A stretch of DNA of 64,000 bases, taken from the NCBI RefSeq assembly GCF_009834535.1, contig NC_045697.1, forward strand, positions 41,542,001 through 41,606,000. The letters run 5' to 3'. Shown piece by piece: positions 14,930 through 27,424 of the stretch; the first letter of the stretch is position 1; the number at the start of each line of letters is the position of its first letter. This stretch comes from Camelus ferus (taxonomy: Eukaryota). Made by a program: the position numbers and the translations under genes. The notes beneath the pieces were generated by a model, which saw only the letters and a program-made list of their open reading frames with translations, was not told the DNA's origin and searched no databases.

Positions 14930-15140
14930 ACTGCAGCCTGCATTTGCAGGCAGACCCGATTCTACTGACCTCGAGTCATTTCCAACCCCTCTTCTCTCTT
15001 GCTTTCTTCTTCTACTATCGAGGCTGGAAAAGATTAAAAAAAAAATTCTCTCTCTAGCCTCTTTTGCTAAAAGGGGTGACCCCTGGGACATGGTTGTGCC
15101 CAAGTGGAAAGTCAGCTGAGATTGTGTCTCAGAAGATTTC
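14930..15140. mobile_element. Degraded ERVL-type LTR fragment (LTR16/LTR33-like)
   Basis: ctagcctcttttgctaaaaggggtgacc...gggacatggttgtgcccaag resembles that group. Confidence 0.35.
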
Positions 15141-16659
15141 ACTTTCTAAGTTAACAGAGACCAATTTGGTGGGCACTGGTCTGCCCCTACTCATTTTAGC
15201 AGCTAATGAGCAGAAGCCTAGAGTTTTAGTAATCATCTTGTGATGCTGAAGGATCCTGCCCAGAGAAATCACAGAAACACTGGCCTTACATAACTGAGTC
15301 ACTAAATCAATACAGCAACCACCCACGTCCAGATGTCTTTTTAAGTGACAAAAATAAACTTTTATTTAATTTAGCCACTAAGCTTCATTATATGTATCTG
15401 AAAGCATATGGTATATGTGTATATATATAACATATACATATAATGAAGCTCTGGTTTTAGCTATCAGTTTATCTTCCCTAGGAATTTGATAAGAAGCTGG
15501 AGGTTGAAATGGCCAAGAGAATTTTCTTGGACCTAGTCAGATTTCTTCTCCTTTGTTATTTTGGTTTGATGATTCAAATTAGTTTCACAATTGCCTGGGC
15601 TCAATTCTACTTTTTAAAACAAGTTCAGAGCCTTCAAAGTCTTTCTGAATGAGTTCAAAATTTAGATTTCCAATAGTATCTTTATTGATTGATAACATTT
15701 CTATCTTATCACCATCATGATACTGAAATTAAGGGTTTGTTCTTTGAAATATTTAGTAAGACGGCCAATTCAGCTGCTCTTCAGCCTAGAAATGATAATG
15801 ACGTCACTGCCCTTTAGGGGGGTCACCGGTCGGCTTCTCTGTTGCCTGTCACTGCAAGAGTGAATCTTTCTGGTTAGCCGTGCATTACAATAGAAGATCC
15901 TGTGTCCTAATTCTCAATTTAGGTGGGAAAGAAGGGTTGCTTAATGGAGTCTGACCTGAGAAAGGTTTTCCTTCAATGGGAGTCAGGAGCTCTCATGAGA
16001 TTTTCTTGGTATCATCAAAAATCTTTTCTGGCTACAGCCATTTGAGATTTTACTGCTTAATTATTTCATGTGGACTTAGTTCTAGGCTACATTTTCATAA
16101 AATCTCCAGTGCTTATCCCATGCATATAGGAGGTGCTTAGTAAAGGTAAATTGTTTAAATGTTAAGTGACAAATTGAAATTAAGAGAAAATTGAGTTCTC
16201 TTGTTAGGTTCTCTTGTCAGTTGGCTTTACGAGAAGAAGTTTATAAATTAACATTGTAAGTTAAATAACCAGAAAATTTCAAATAATACTTCAAAACTAA
16301 TTGTGGAAGAGAAGCTTAGCAGAATTAGTAAAGCTACAATGAAGCACTGACAAATTATGATTGTCAAGAAAGTAATCACAGGGTTTTACAAACATCAGAG
16401 TTTCACAGATACCATAATGGTAGCTAATACATCTCTTGAGCTTTTTGCCTCTTTTTGCCTCTTAGGTGGAGAACTAGAAAAGACAGAGAAAAACAGCCTT
16501 GACCCTTTATTTAGCTCTATTAACTCAACAGAGGATAATGGTGGGTGAGATGAAGGAAGTATAAAGCTACTTGAATATGAGAATAAAAAGCTAGAAGGAC
16601 TTTTGAGACTAACCAGACTAGGGTCCTAGAACTTGTCCCTTTTCTTTTTTGAAGCACAT

Positions 16660-17095
16660 CGTTACTGGAACTTCTTGCCATTCTCAGACGTTCCCTACAC
16701 TTTTGTAGTTATATGCTGCTGATCAGGGTTTTCCCACTGCCTAGAAGGTCTTTTCTCTACTCTTTAGACTCCTAGTCAAACTTCAAGATCGGAATAAAAT
16801 GTTAACTCTTCTGTGAAGCATTCATAAAGTACTTCAAAGCATCTTAAAGATTCTCTTCTCTGTGCTCTCACAGCACCTACACAGCACTACACACACACAC
16901 ATGCACACACACAGAGTTTATATATTCTAACACTGTTGCATATTATGGTAATTTGTTGATTTATATGTCTTTCTCCTTTCCTAGACATTAATTCTGTAAG
17001 GGTAGGGGCTGTGACTCATTTATCTCCCTAAACCAGGACCTCACAATGCCTGAGACAGAGTAAGTGCTCAGTAAATCTTTGTCAAGTAAACAGAT
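16660..17095 (+). mobile_element. L2 3' portion containing a (CA)n run
   Basis: ctagacattaattctgtaagggtaggg...gtaagtgctcagtaaatctttg. Confidence 0.75.
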
Positions 17096-17257
17096 GTCCT
17101 GGAAAGGGAATGACTCAGTAGTAAGTTTCAGTGGCGTTAACATAAATGTTGTATTACAGCAGGTCTCAGGGCAGAGGGAGAAAATATAGGTTAGATTAAA
17201 CAACGGTTGTTAGCAATTTAGAATTTGTGGATAAGGTGCTTAATTATTGTTAATATT

Positions 17258-17740
17258 TGTCAGATACCTTTGGGTCTAAAAAAGAGACCCCTTGATTCAA
17301 GTTGGCTTAACCAGTAAGGGAATTTGTCATCCAAACAAAAGAAAGTACAGAGGCAGAGTGGGCTGAGAGTGTAGTAATGTGGGGGCTCCAGCTTCACGTC
17401 TTTATGATTCTTTTGGCTCCTCTCTCTTCCCTCACGTGGGCTTTAACTTCAGACTGGCTTCCTTCATGACTGGCAGGTGGCTGCCAGCAGCATTGGCATA
17501 ACATGTGTCCTTGCTCTGGGGTAGACCTCCCTTCCTACCATGGAGTAAACATTCTTTTTTATATTCTTTTTGAACATTCTTTGTTAGTCTGATTGGTCCA
17601 GCTTAGCTTGTGTAGTAGCCTGGGCTATCATGGTTGTCAAGGAATGCCGTTTAATGATTGGTAAGATAGTTGGGATGATTGTAATTGTCTAATCAAGAGA
17701 CCCTTTTGAAGTTGTAAGGAATTAACTTCCCCAAGCCACG
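17258..17740. mobile_element. MaLR LTR (old MLT1 type)
   Basis: tcaagttggcttaaccagtaagggaattt...cagactggcttcc...gtggctgccagcagc. Confidence 0.6.
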
Positions 17741-17751
17741 CAGGGTGACTG

Positions 17752-17980
17752 TAGGAAGAGTGTAATGGTTAAGAGCACAGACAGCCCCACTGCTCTCATT
17801 TAAATCCCATCTCCTCCATTTACCTGCTCTGTGACATTCGGCAAGCTAACGCTAACTCAGTTTCTGTTTTTTTAGTAGGGCTGGTAACAGTACTTACTTC
17901 ATAAAGTTATTATGAAGGTTAGTGAGTTATTAGATGTAAATTATTGAAAAACAGGGGAGGCACTATTGAAGTGTTAGCTC
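17752..17980 (+). mobile_element. MIR SINE
   Basis: gtgtaatggttaagagcacagac...ctgtgacattcggcaag. Confidence 0.8.
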
Positions 17981-18311
17981 TCACTTTCTGATTATTTGAC
18001 AAAAATTGATGTTATATTAAAAAGGTAAAAGCAGAGAATAGATTTTATGTAGGCAAGCAACAATGCTCATTATGTAAGTTTTTGTTTCCTTTAACAAGTT
18101 GACTTTTAGGATCATCCAGTTTATTTTTGAATGTTTACCACTTTCGTAGTGATGAGTTTCAAATTTAAAGAGAAAGATGATCACACAGGAAATTGTATGC
18201 TTAACTGTGTATTATTAATCATGTCTGGAAAAGAGGAAAGAATATCTGCCTGTTTATTCTGAGAGTATATATTCTGCCAATCTGTAGCCAGATTAACTAT
18301 GGACAAAATAC

Positions 18312-18726
18312 TGTCGGTGTCGCGATACCATGTACACATACACACCGTATGCGGAGAGAGCTGATGGCTGCTCTGAAGCTTTATTAAGTTGCACAGTCTT
18401 ATATAGCAAAGAAGAATGACAAGGGAAGTGGTTAACAGGCAGCGTCTGGCTCAAGGTCAGAAGACCCTTTATGTTTTGGTAAATCATGTTCGTGTTGGCA
18501 CCAGCAAGCCTTACAGCTTATCAGGGCGGAATGTATGAGAAACGGCTGCTTCACAATATTCTTCTTGGACTCAGGCGGTTGTGCCTGTCTTAGGTTGCCC
18601 CCCTCTGGGGATCTTACCCGTCCTTGGCTAACCAGCCTTCTCACCTCTGAGTCTGCAGCTTTTTATAACTTGTTTACCATTCCAGCCCAAGGCCTGTTCC
18701 CTTGTTCCCACAGTCGGGGGCCTACA
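18312..18726 (-). mobile_element. Young-looking solo LTR, 415 bp, family not recognised
   Basis: TG...CA termini. Perfect 5-bp TSD AATAC at 18307-18311 and 18727-18731. Minus-strand TATATAA (18399-18405) and AATAAA (18380-18385). 12 CpGs counted by eye. Confidence 0.8.
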
Positions 18727-20254
18727 AATACCTAAAAATAATTTAGATTAATGTATACTTAGGATTTAATCAGATTCTTAAACATCATCTGCTTCACCCT
18801 TTCATTCTACAAATAAAATTTAGACTACAAGAAATTACATGAACTTGCCCAAGATGGTGCAGCTTGTGGCAGAACTGACTTAGAGTCAGAGGCTTAAACT
18901 TCACTCATGTATTATTTCACTGGTCCATATAACACCCCTCTTGAGTGCCAGACTCACACTTCTATGTAACTAAACCTAGAGACTTTGTCCTCTTATTAAG
19001 AATTAGCCTTGTGCTAGTGTGTGTTCTATAATTTGTAGTATAAAACTGTTTACTCAGTTGAAGTCAGCAAATCAATGTCTTCAAAGCAACTTGAATATAA
19101 GCTCTTGCAGTTAGTATTATGGTATATATACAGGATTTAAAGGAATAGGTTATGCAGGCTACTAGATGTGATTTATTTAAGTCATATTTTTCAGGAAATA
19201 GGTTGCCAATACTAGCTTGAAATTTTAGCTGTTTGCAGTGAGTTAGAATGTCAAGTAGAATTCCTGGAGAAAGCTTTGTTAATGTTTATAAAGAGGGAAA
19301 AATGCATATTTAGACACATATTGGCTAAAATTCCTAAATATTAAATATTAGAAATGTTACATAGAAAATATTGTGTTAGTGTTCAAGGACAGGGGAGTAA
19401 TCTGGAGCTTTCCAAGCTTCGTGGTGTAAGTTTAAAAAGAAAATTTCTCTGGTTCGGAGATCACATGATGAAATTCAAAACAGAAGAGGCAGGGACACTT
19501 AAGAAGTTCAGTCCTTTGATCATCCCTCCCGAAGCTGCCTTTTGAATTGGTTGCTGACTGTTTCCTGCCTTACCAGCGCGTCTTCCAGGAATCACAAAGC
19601 ACACATACACACTCCGTGTGGTACTTCATGGTCCCTCCCTGATGTTTACTGGAAGCATCATAAGCCACTTTACAATTCCTACAGGACACCGTTTTTATTA
19701 GAGCTGGTTCTCAGCTGTCACTTCACTTGCCCGTGCTGAAAGATGCTCTCAAGAACTATTGTGAATTGAGTCACTAGAACTGGCTTTTTGTTTGATGCAT
19801 AATTAGAGACATAAGATCAAGTAAGTGTTAATTAGCAGCGATATATTAAAGAATCTATTTTGGAAACTGCAGGTATCTCAGATACAAGAAACTTTACCTT
19901 TCCCATAACCCTTGTTGCGTAAGTTTTGCACAATTCAGTGTATTCCCTGATTTAATATTATTATTCATTAAAAATCATCTTGTGTGGTTGTATTATTTCA
20001 TAAATTATGAAGAAACACAAAATAGCTGGCATTGTTTTTCTAAGTGTTTTTTTTTTAAATACCTAAACACTTCTCTTTTTCATACAGACTTTCTCCCCTA
20101 GTTTCATGCTTCTTTACTTGTAAACTAAGAGTTATGAAAACATACAGAAAAAGGTGTCTGTGTAGCATTGTGGATGTGCTAGTATCAGCCTCCATTTATG
20201 TGACTCCTAAATCAGTGTTTTCATTTGGACTTCATTCCTGAACCCCAGCATTAA

Positions 20255-20900
20255 TCATGAAACAAACACTCATCGAGTTGCTGCTGTGTGCCGGGTAGTG
20301 TTCTCACGTAGTAGTGAATCCAAAGTCATGCCTGCTATTGCTGAAACGTTCTACATTCCAGCGAGTCCAGGAGGAGGTTGGAGACGTAGGGGAGGACAAA
20401 CAATAAACAGACAAATGAATGAATTCTAAGTTTACAGAGAATAGTGCTATGGACTAAGTAAAGCAAGAAACAAGGATTCTGAGTGCTGGGGTTGGTGGCA
20501 GAGGTAGCAATTTTAACTAGGTGGTCAAGGAACACAGCCCTGGGAATGCAATGTTTGAGTTCAGACCGAAGCAGCCCAGGGCAGGGGATACATAGGTATC
20601 TGGGAGAAGAGAGTTTCAGAGAGGGAAAAGTATGTCCAAAGGCCCTGAGGTGGGAGCATGCTAAGGTATCTGAGGTGCTACCATGCCAGTGTGTCTGGAG
20701 TGGAATGGGTGCATCAAGGGAGTGTAGAGAACAAGTTTAGGGAGATGAGGGTGCCAGATTGCCTAACCTAGTGGACTATTGTGAGGATTTGGGATTTTAC
20801 TATGAATGAGATTGGAGTCATTTGGGGTTTTGACCTGTGAAGAGATATGCTCTAACTTTTTTTTTTTAGCAAGTTTCCTCTAGTGATGTCCTCAAGTGAT
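20255..20900 (-). mobile_element. L2 3' portion
   Basis: gcaattttaactaggtggtcaagg...caaaggccctgaggtggga...gggattttactatg. Confidence 0.8.
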
Positions 20901-21494
20901 TGTGTGTAGAATAGACCGACTATGTATGATCAGTGACCAAGTATCTTCACAATTAAGGCTTCTAGACACCTGGAACTCAGTATAGTCTGAAATTGAGCCT
21001 ATTATCTTTACCCACTGGTCCTTTCCTTTATCTAGAGCGCCAATTTTGGTTAATGGCACCATTATTCTCTATTCCCCCCCTCCCACGTTCTCTTACACCC
21101 TTATCTTGCCAGCTTCTGTTAATTTCACTCCCTGAATATCTCTTCAGCCTGGGTCTGCCTTTCCATCTTCCCACGACACCGTAGTTCAGACCTCTGCTTG
21201 AACTGTCACAATAGCCCCTTACCTTCTTCCCTCTTTCAGTTGTCTTCCCCTCTGATCCTTGGTTATGCATTGCTGTTAAGATTTTTTAAAAATACATATC
21301 AGATCACATTGCTCTCCTGCTTGAAATTCTTCTGTTTCATTTTGGAATATGAACTTTCTAGCTTGGCATTATTCATCACTTTATAATCTGACCTACATTT
21401 CTATCTGGCCTTGTCAAAATACAGGACTCAAAATCTGAATCCATCTTTTTCTCTCTTGTCCAATTGGCTAACATCTGTTTAACTTTCAGGATAC

Positions 21495-21575
21495 GTGGTA
21501 GCTGAATAATGTCCCTCCCACCCCAAAAACCCACATCCTAATTCCCAGAACCTGTGACTATACCTTACATGATAA
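21495..21575 (+). mobile_element. MLT1 LTR 5' fragment
   Basis: tggtagctgaataatg...ccacatcctaattcccagaacctgtgactataccttacatg. Confidence 0.7.
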
Positions 21576-21598
21576 CAGGCTCTAATTATGCTTCTGCA

Positions 21599-21724
21599 TA
21601 AGTTGCAAGATTTAGCAAATGAAAATACAAATGCCCAGTTGAATAAGAATTTCAAATAAATAACAGATAACTTATTGGTATAAGTGTGCCTTGAACATTG
21701 CATGTATTTTATCTGGCAGCTCTA
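21599..21724. mobile_element. MER53-like hAT MITE, internally deleted
   Basis: Termini taagttgcaagat and atctggcagctcta. Perfect 8-bp TSD cttctgca at 21591-21598 and 21725-21732. Confidence 0.85.
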
Positions 21725-22853
21725 CTTCTGCACAGCTGGTAACAAGCTCTTTAAGAATGGTAATAAATGTGTATCTTAAACATCTACAGAGCAATTACAG
21801 GACATACTGTAGAAATCATTCTAGTAGCCAGGATAATTCATCAGGCTATTAAAAATCTCCTCCTTGCATTTTGACTTTCTTGTTAGCATTAGTCTTAGTC
21901 GAAGATTCTAAGGCTTATCAATTAATCTTTTCTGATAAAATGTTCATATGGAACTAAAATTGTGATATTCCTACAGTGTGCCTTTTTCTCGTTATTTCAG
22001 CCTTAGATTTTTATACCACTTTCCCCAGGGCTTTAAATTGCCATTCTTATCTGGGCAGATAAAAAAGATCATTAATAAAACCAAGCAGACTGAGTAAGTA
22101 TTTAAAAGTGCAGAGACTTTATAATTGCCAGTACAACTAGAGGTGGTAAAAATGTTGACTCGATGTTATTAGCGGAGATAGTCTATTAGTGGAGATAGTC
22201 TGTTTTGAAAATTAGCAGCAAACAGTGGGTTTTCAGGACAGGCATAGTTCCCTCACATTTGTTTTGAATATTTTCTTAGAAGTGAATAAGCCCAACTCTC
22301 TTTATGTGTTATGTGCTATTTTCTTTAAGTGGTACAATTTAGAATCATATGATAATTCATACACAGACAGTTCACGTGATTGATCTCCCATTTAAAAAAG
22401 AAATTAATAACCTGCTAAAAGAAAGACAGTCCTCAATGGTAAATATATTTTGTAATCAACCAAATTGTGTGAATTTAGTTTTTCTATAATCACTTAAAGA
22501 TAAAAACTGAGAAATAGTTTTTTTCCAAACCATGACTGATTATTTTGCATTCTGACAATTCAGAATTGTTCTATGAACATGTCATTTTAATTTTAATCTG
22601 GAAATTATTTTCATAAAATAAAATCCAAAAGAGTTGCATTTGTCATCTTACAAACCACAAAATAAGAACATTCCTGTCTATTTCATGTTTTTAATGTGGC
22701 CCACGATGAAAAGCCAGTTGTTTCCCTGCATTTTTGGTGAATATCAAAATGTGAGTAATTTCCTTCATAACAGAATATATCAGTTTTTCCTACTATGGAA
22801 TGGATACTGTTTACATACAAAGACAGGTGCTGGAGAAGAGAGCCTAGATTCTT

Positions 22854-23027
22854 TTTTTGGTTGTTAAATTTATTTTTTATTTATTAAAAGATTTTTGTTT
22901 GTTTGTTTTGGGGGGAAGGTAATTAGGTTTATCTATTTATTTATTTTACTGGAGGTACTGGGGGTTGAGCCTAGGTCTTCATGCGTGCTAAGTACGTGCT
23001 CTACCACTGAGCTATGCCCTCCCCACT
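22854..23027 (-). mobile_element. Vic-1-type camelid SINE
   Basis: tRNA-like head plus aaacctaattacc tail. 16-bp TSD gagagcctagattctt at 22838-22853 and 23028-23043. Confidence 0.93.
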
Positions 23028-23671
23028 GAGAGCCTAGATTCTTACAGAGTTTTGAAAGTTATTTCTACGTGATTGAAGCTTGATAAACTTGACTAATGCA
23101 ATGAGGTTTTCCATTTCAGGTGTGGGTGTACTGTAAATTCATCTTGATGACCTTGCATGCATATTGCTGCCATATGGTCTTTTCACAACGGCTACTTTAT
23201 TATTTTATTATAACCAAATTTTAGCTCATTGAAAATATTTTAATGGTGCATAATGGATGTATCTGGGAGTGTGGGCAGTAGATATGAAGGAATTAAACTT
23301 CCCATGGATCCTGGAATGTGACCTTGTTTTTCCCATTGGGATTTAATTGGGCTCTTTATGTTTAAACTTCCCCAAAGTTCAATAGAGTGTTGGTGGACAA
23401 CCTGTAGTTGCCTGGCAAACTCATAATGGAGGTTGAAAATTTTAATACATGGAGTATTTTTGATTTCTCGGAAAGAGCAAATTCAGAGGTCTTATAGAAC
23501 TATCATTGAATGTTGCTATGTTTAGGACTATGCATAGTCTTGTTTTTTAGTAAAATGAGTAAAATTGAAACATGGACTCGATGTGTAGTATGTAGTCATT
23601 GTTATTCACGAAGGACTTGAATTAAGACATAAAGCTAGGTTGACTGAAGCCATACCTTATCTGGGAGTCGG

Positions 23672-24150
23672 TACTCATTCATTCATTCAGCAAATATGTG
23701 TTGTATGCCTACCATTGTGGCTGGTCCTGTGTAAGATGCTGGGGATGCAAACATGAGTAAGAGATATTCCCTTCCTCAAGAGCTCCATGGTACTATGAGT
23801 AACAGGCATTTGTAGTTGTAAGATAAAGAGAGTGGTAGAAATATGCCTGTGGTATCTTGGGAGTGCACTGGAGCAGTTTTCATAGACTGGATCTGGCAGG
23901 AGTGGTCTAATGAGGCTTCTAGGATGAATTTATATCTTAAGTGAAGCTTAAAATATAAAAAATAGGTTAAAAAGTAGGAGTGTGCGAGAGAAGGATTTTA
24001 GGGAGAAAAAACTGCATGAGGGAAGGGGTAGGGAGACAGCACATGGTATCGTGAGATATTGTAAGCAATTTAAGATTGTTAAAATGTGAAGTACAGTCAG
24101 AAAAGAAATCTAGAGAGGCAGGTAGTGGTCATTCCATGAGGGTCAGAGAT
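23672..24150 (-). mobile_element. L2 3' portion
   Basis: Begins cattcattcattcagcaaatatgtgttg, the reverse of an L2 tail. Confidence 0.75.
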
Positions 24151-25834
24151 ACTTGATCTTGGGTAGGTTGGGAAGATCCCTGTCAATGTTGTTTTATGTT
24201 TCTTTTTTTTTACCCTCCTGTGTGAGAATAACATTCTTTGAGAGTCTCTGAAGATTTTTAGTTTGGCCATACACAATCCCCAAGGCTGGTCTAAATGTCT
24301 TTTAGGACAAACCCTACCTTGTAATCAATTTTGCTGACAGATGGGAAAATACTCTTAAAGACCTGAGAATAATCCTATTTGTCTTTTTCCAAATAGTTTT
24401 TAATATTCTGCAAAGTAGATATTTACATTTTTCTACCTCCAGGAGAACAAACATGTGAGGAACAGTGTGAGAAAGCCCCCTTCTCATTTCTGGTGTATCA
24501 CGGGCTTTATGTCATCACAACTGACAAGACAAATTGTGACATTCACAATGTGTTATTATTGGACGTAAAATGTTTTTTTTCAAAAACCAGGTAAAGCAAT
24601 CCATCAAATCCATTGAAAACATGCTACCAAGTGAAGTCAGGTGAACTGGATTTACAATGCCTTGGGAGTATAGATTTCTCACATGCAGGACCTATAATCA
24701 TTTGACATGAAATTGGTAAATGTCAGAGACAGCCGTATCAGACTCTTAGGAATTCATTCTCACTATGGAAATGGTCTTCAGTTATACTTGTAATGTAGAA
24801 TACAGAATTCCTCAGTGTGTTGTCCTAACATGGAATAGAAAAGTAAACTGACACATCTGTCATTTTTTACTTTCTAGAACCATCTTTGAAATTCTTGAGG
24901 AAAAATTAAAGTGATGGTGTCCTCCCGGATTGCTACATTGTAGGGTAGCCCATTCAGAACCTGAAATAATGTGTAATTCACAGTGTTGAATTTAAATATT
25001 AGCAGGAAAATATATTCAGGGTTGATGCGCTTTACTATATTAACTTGTTTCCTATAAATAAATTTCAAAACATTTTAAAATTCTGGTATAATGTACCATA
25101 ATCATTGACACTGAAATAATAATCTTTTAACTAATAAAATGCTAACAATAATATGCTAAGTTTATCTTCTTCTATTTTAAGATTTAATTACATTTCTTCC
25201 CGTTATATTTGACACCATCCAAGGACTCTAAAATGCGCTATGACCTTGAAATATAACTTCTTACTGAAAGTCTGGTAAAGTCTAAGGAGTAAACATTGGC
25301 TGTTTAGACACTCAAGTGATAGTTCAGAAACTTGTCTGTTAGGTATCACTTAGATTCTTTTTTTATAAAATCGGGCCTGCCAAGCTCACCTCAGTGAGAA
25401 TCAAGTGTATGAGCACATGCTGAAAGCCAGAAAGCCCTATGTAATGAAAAGTATTTTTAACTTAAAAAAAATGAAATTCCATATTTAATTAGTTTGATAC
25501 AAGGACCACTTGCATTAATCTGTCATAATGAAAAAGTTTTTCTTAATCTACTCTCAAAGAGGAATCTGCTGTTAGACGTCTCTGTGTCTACGCGTTCTCT
25601 TTTGAAATGTGTATGCGTGTGTATATCTGTGTCTCATCTACAGCTATGTAAATATCTGAGTATCTAATAGGGTAAATATGAATGGAAAAATTTATAGAGA
25701 ATATATAGGAAAAAAACTTAACAATGAAGCTTGAATCCATGCGCATCAAGAGTACAGTGACTTCTGGAAATATTCCCTATTGCCTTTATTTATTTTTCTT
25801 TCTTTTTTAGTTTAATTTGCATCTATTTATTTAT

Positions 25835-25910
25835 TTAATTAATTTTTTTATTGAAGTATAGTTGATTTACAGTGTTGTGTCAGTTGCTGATATACAGCAC
25901 AGTGATTCAG

Positions 25911-25948
<38 letters not shown>

Positions 25949-26006
25949 TTTTTCATATTCTCTTTCCTTATAGGTTATTACAAGATATTGAATGTAGTTC
26001 CCCTGT
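25835..26006 (-). mobile_element. L1 3' end with (TA)n microsatellite (~25912-25946)
   Basis: ttttattgaagtatagttgatttaca...caagatattgaatgtagttccc. Confidence 0.88.
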
Positions 26007-26140
26007 TACTTTTAAATATGGCTAGGCGAATAATATGTGTTAGTATTTTATTAATAATCATTAAGTATAAGAATTTTAAAATAGGAATAAATGATATATT
26101 CACCCTTCCCTATTATTTTACTGACAAAATATGGGAACAA

Positions 26141-26654
26141 TGTCAGGGTCACCATGACTACTGCCAGCTTTGGACTCAGAGGACTCAGAATGGAGTCCTA
26201 CTCACACCTAGGATTCATTACAGTGAAAGGATGCAGTGCACAATCACCAAAAGGAACAGGCACATGGGCTGAACTGAAGGAAATCAGACACAAGCTTCTG
26301 CGCGTCCACTCTCAGCAAAGTCTCAGAGAACATGTCTAATTCCTGCAGCGACAAACTGTGACAATGTGGCTACCAGGGAAGCTCACTGCAGACTCACTGC
26401 CCAAGACTTTTATTGGAGTTGAGTCATGTAGTTCCCTCTGCCTGGCATGTTCAAAAATTTGAGAGTCTTAGAAGGAAAGCAGGTGTTCAGCGTAAACCAC
26501 ATTGTACACACAGTTTTGACATTCTTATTAGTTCTGGCAGTGGTGGGAACGCGCCTCAAATCCAGGGTTCCCATACTCTGGCCAGTGAGCAAACTTTGAA
26601 GCGGGCGTTTTTAAGGATAGCAGTATCAGGCCTGCTATTAACTCTATTCTGCAT
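26141..26654 (-). mobile_element. MER21-like LTR
   Basis: cagtgaaaggatgcag...ccagggaagctcact...gaaggaaagcaggtgttcagc...caggcctgctattaactct. Confidence 0.8.
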
Positions 26655-27091
26655 GGAAACCAAATCTGTTAAACTTCAGATTCTTGAGTGGGTACTGAAA
26701 CTTTTTCCCCCTAGGATATTAATGTACTTTAGCAGTTGAATTTCCACACTAATTGGGAATAGTTAACTTCAGGGTTTCTTTAGGCCAACTAAACATCTGC
26801 TGTCTCTAAATTTTAGATTACTGCAGAATAAAATGAGGCTTGATTTTCATAGAGAATTGTATTTAAGATTTTATTTCTATCAGCGGTGACTCTCATTAAT
26901 TTATCTAGTTCATTTCTGCTCACTCTTCAGCCTTCAGCCTTAAGTCCTTAATATTTATCTATCTATGAATCTCAAATCCTTACTCTTCCTGACTGTCTAG
27001 GACTGATCCCATTATAATAGGTCCACATGACATAATATACTTTTCTTCTCTGGAACTTGTCACAGTGCAAAATTGGCATTTCTGGATTTTC

Positions 27092-27174
27092 TTTTTTAAT
27101 GGAGGCACTGGGGATTGAACCCAGGACCCTGTGCATGCTGAGCACACACTCTACCACTGAGCTGCCCCCTCCCC
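27092..27174 (-). mobile_element. Short Vic-1-type SINE
   Basis: ggaggcactggggattgaacccaggacc...ctctaccactgagct. Lacks the long tail. Confidence 0.88.
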
Positions 27175-27424
27175 TAGAAATGGTTTTGATAAATGTCTGT
27201 CTTTCTCATTAGATCAGAAGCTCCACTGTATCCTTAGCGTGTAGCAGACAGATTCCAGGCCTGTAGTGTGTAGTCAGTCAATGTTTGTTACCTGAAAACT
27301 TTAGGGAAGTTTGATTTGTGTGTGTCCTCAGATCATCAGAATTGAGGGAGGGAGCTAGCTCCTGTGTATAGAATTCTGGGTTTTAAAGAGTGGTAACTAG
27401 GCCAGAGCTCAAAAAAGATTTAAA

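Noticed and set aside
19712..19740. REST/RE1 site (TTCAGCAC on the minus strand)
   Set aside because: Only a left half-site, with no GGACAG at canonical spacing.
22168..22201. 17-bp tandem duplication attag(c/t)ggagatagtct
   Set aside because: Ordinary slippage duplication with no functional indication.
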